64,000 nucleotides of DNA, from the NCBI GenBank assembly GCA_023411175.1, contig JAEYPB010000043.1, positions 19,324-83,323 on the forward strand. Direction: 5' to 3'. Below the pieces are notes generated by a model that saw only the letters and a list, made by a program, of their open reading frames with translations, ran no database searches and had not been told where the DNA came from. This DNA comes from Bacillota bacterium (GTDB taxonomy: Bacteria; Bacillota; Clostridia; Christensenellales; Aristaeellaceae). Positions 62,779-64,000 of the stretch are shown here, piece by piece. Made by a program: the position numbers and the translations under genes. Positions within the stretch are counted from its first letter, which is position 1, and each line of letters opens with the position of its first letter.

Positions 62779-64000
62779 ATGATCGCAGCGGTAGCGCTGG
62801 GCGCAAAGATCCCGGCGGAGGGCTCGGCGGAACCGGCCGTCCGCGAAGCGCCGGAGACGGCGTTTGGCGAGGTGGTCGCCCGGGCCGTCGCGAAAGGGGG
62901 GCCGGAATCCCGGGCCCGCGCCGCGCGCGACACCCGCGCGGGAGAAACGGCCGAGCCTGACGACGCGGCACTGTACGCCTACGTCGCGGCGCTCGTCTCC
63001 CAGGCGCCCGCCATGCCCTTCCCCTCTCAGGCCGAGGAAGCAGTCGGCGTCCAGGGCTCGGCCACGCAGGACGACGCGGCATTCCTTCTCCCGTCATCGA
63101 TGTCCGCGGTGCAGGGAATGCCGCAAACTCAGTCCCTGCCCGAGGCGCGGGGAGCGCAAGACGCGCTTGCCGCGACCTATGCCGGCGCACAGGCACCCAC
63201 GCTACTTCACGGCAGCGAAAAAACCGCCTCCGCGGCTCCCCACGCGGAGCAGCCCGCCGCCGGACAGCCGGCTCCGCCGCATCCCCCCCGGGCGGAGCAG
63301 CCCGCCGCCGTGCAGACCTCGGCCGCGGCCGAGCCGCAGCCATCCTTCGCGGGCCAGATGGCTTTGGCGAACCCTCGGATCCGGCAAAAGTCGCAGGCCT
63401 CAGAGGCGCTCAACGCCTCCATGCCTCAGCGGTCGGGGGATCAGGCAGCTTCCGACACCGTCAGCGCGTCCCCGAAGTCGGATGGGCCCGCTCTGGGTCC
63501 GGCCTATGGCGCCGGACAAGGCGCAACGGGCGGCGGCGCCGAATCAGGCGCCGCGAACCGGTCCACCGCGGATCGGTACACACAGGTTCAGGCGCAGGCG
63601 GAAAAGGTCGCCGCTTCCGGGAAGGGCAGGCCTTCGAACCGCGATTCCGGCGAGGAAGGCGCGCCGCGCCCGGTCGAGGAGCGCCAAGCGTTGCCGGGGT
63701 CGGTTCTCCCTGAACACCGAGCCGAACCGGTTCTTGGCTTGGACAAGTCCGCCGAAGCGCAGCGCCCGGAGGCTGCGTCCTCCCCCCGCGAGGCGGATGC
63801 AGCAGCGCAGCTTTTCAGGGCGACCACGGCGGCGCTCTCCCGGGGCGAGACCAGGTACAGCCTGAAATTGCGTCCGGAGGGTCTGGGCGAGGTGGCGGTG
63901 GCGATCAGCGCACGGGATCGGGAGCTTCATCTCGCGATCCGCACCCAGTCCGAATCGACCCGCGAAATCATCCTGAACCAGATTGGCGCGCTCAAGCTGG
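62779..64000 (+). CDS. fliK: FliK-like flagellar hook-length control protein, 5' part (runs off the window end)
   Basis: Frame 1 is open from the ATG at 62779 to position 64000. Pro/Ala/Gln-rich, with a C-terminal FliK-type segment (LRPEGLGEVAVAIS...LHLAIRTQSESTREII). Missing from the ORF track because it has no stop inside the window. Confidence 0.6.
   Translation, partial: MIAAVALGAKIPAEGSAEPAVREAPETAFGEVVARAVAKGGPESRARAARDTRAGETAEPDDAALYAYVAALVSQAPAMPFPSQAEEAVGVQGSATQDDAAFLLPSSMSAVQGMPQTQSLPEARGAQDALAATYAGAQAPTLLHGSEKTASAAPHAEQPAAGQPAPPHPPRAEQPAAVQTSAAAEPQPSFAGQMALANPRIRQKSQASEALNASMPQRSGDQAASDTVSASPKSDGPALGPAYGAGQGATGGGAESGAANRSTADRYTQVQAQAEKVAASGKGRPSNRDSGEEGAPRPVEERQALPGSVLPEHRAEPVLGLDKSAEAQRPEAASSPREADAAAQLFRATTAALSRGETRYSLKLRPEGLGEVAVAISARDRELHLAIRTQSESTREIILNQIGALKL

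Noticed and set aside
62186-63865. Track ORFs 62186..63343 (-) and 62864..63865 (+, frame 2) in the fliJ/fliK region
   Set aside because: Frame 1 from 62779 gives a FliK-like protein with a conserved C-terminal signature. The other two are alternative frames of the same GC-rich, Pro/Ala-rich sequence.
1-64000. Searched for CRISPR arrays, tRNA/rRNA genes, transposase/integrase genes and phage modules
   Set aside because: No spaced direct-repeat arrays, no cloverleaf-like conserved tRNA features in intergenic regions, and no DDE/tyrosine-recombinase-like ORFs were found. The window looks like core chromosome with one accessory surface-protein island.

Overview
High-GC (roughly 60-65%) Clostridia-type chromosomal segment, tightly packed with genes on both strands. 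Gene content suggests a motile Oscillospiraceae/Ruminococcaceae-like anaerobe. Reading left to right: (1) a branched-chain amino acid ABC importer operon (livHMGF) behind a structured leader; (2) a convergent pair of half-type ABC exporters; (3) two NUDIX hydrolases, a PNPOx-like flavoprotein, msrAB and an L,D-transpeptidase; (4) a SARP/BTAD regulator fused to a degenerate GGDEF-like domain; (5) a seven-gene, translationally coupled type IV pilus/competence-like operon (transglutaminase-like protein, PilC-like platform, four small single-TM/pseudopilin-like proteins, PilT-type ATPase); (6) a complete shikimate/aromatic amino-acid supraoperon (DAHP synthase, tyrA, aroB, aroA, aroC, pheA, fused aroE-aroK, aroQ) preceded by a consensus promoter, a Phe/Tyr-rich 22-aa leader peptide and an intrinsic terminator, i.e. 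a classical ribosome-mediated attenuator; (7) an Orn/Lys/Arg-type decarboxylase; (8) a 45-aa SCIFF (six-cysteines-in-forty-five) ribosomal peptide, absent from the ORF track, with its radical-SAM/SPASM maturase behind a consensus sigma-A promoter; (9) a flotillin, a P-loop kinase and a PfkB kinase; (10) a surface module made of an orphan family-5 solute-binding protein, a 3128-aa Cna-B/Listeria-Bacteroides-repeat adhesin with near-identical internal tandem repeats, and two paralogous secreted SH3b/Ig-like proteins, bordered by a 1.2-kb coding-free stretch; (11) a MerR regulator divergent from an aldo-keto reductase driven by a 19-bp-spacer dyad promoter; (12) a ferredoxin/DUF438/DUF1858 module; (13) an MCP; and (14) the start of the flagellar fla/che operon (flgB, flgC, fliE, fliF, fliG, fliH, fliI, fliJ and a FliK-like ORF running off the window), with a sigma-A-like promoter and two perfect DnaA-box 9-mers upstream. 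No rRNA, tRNA, CRISPR array or obvious transposase was seen.
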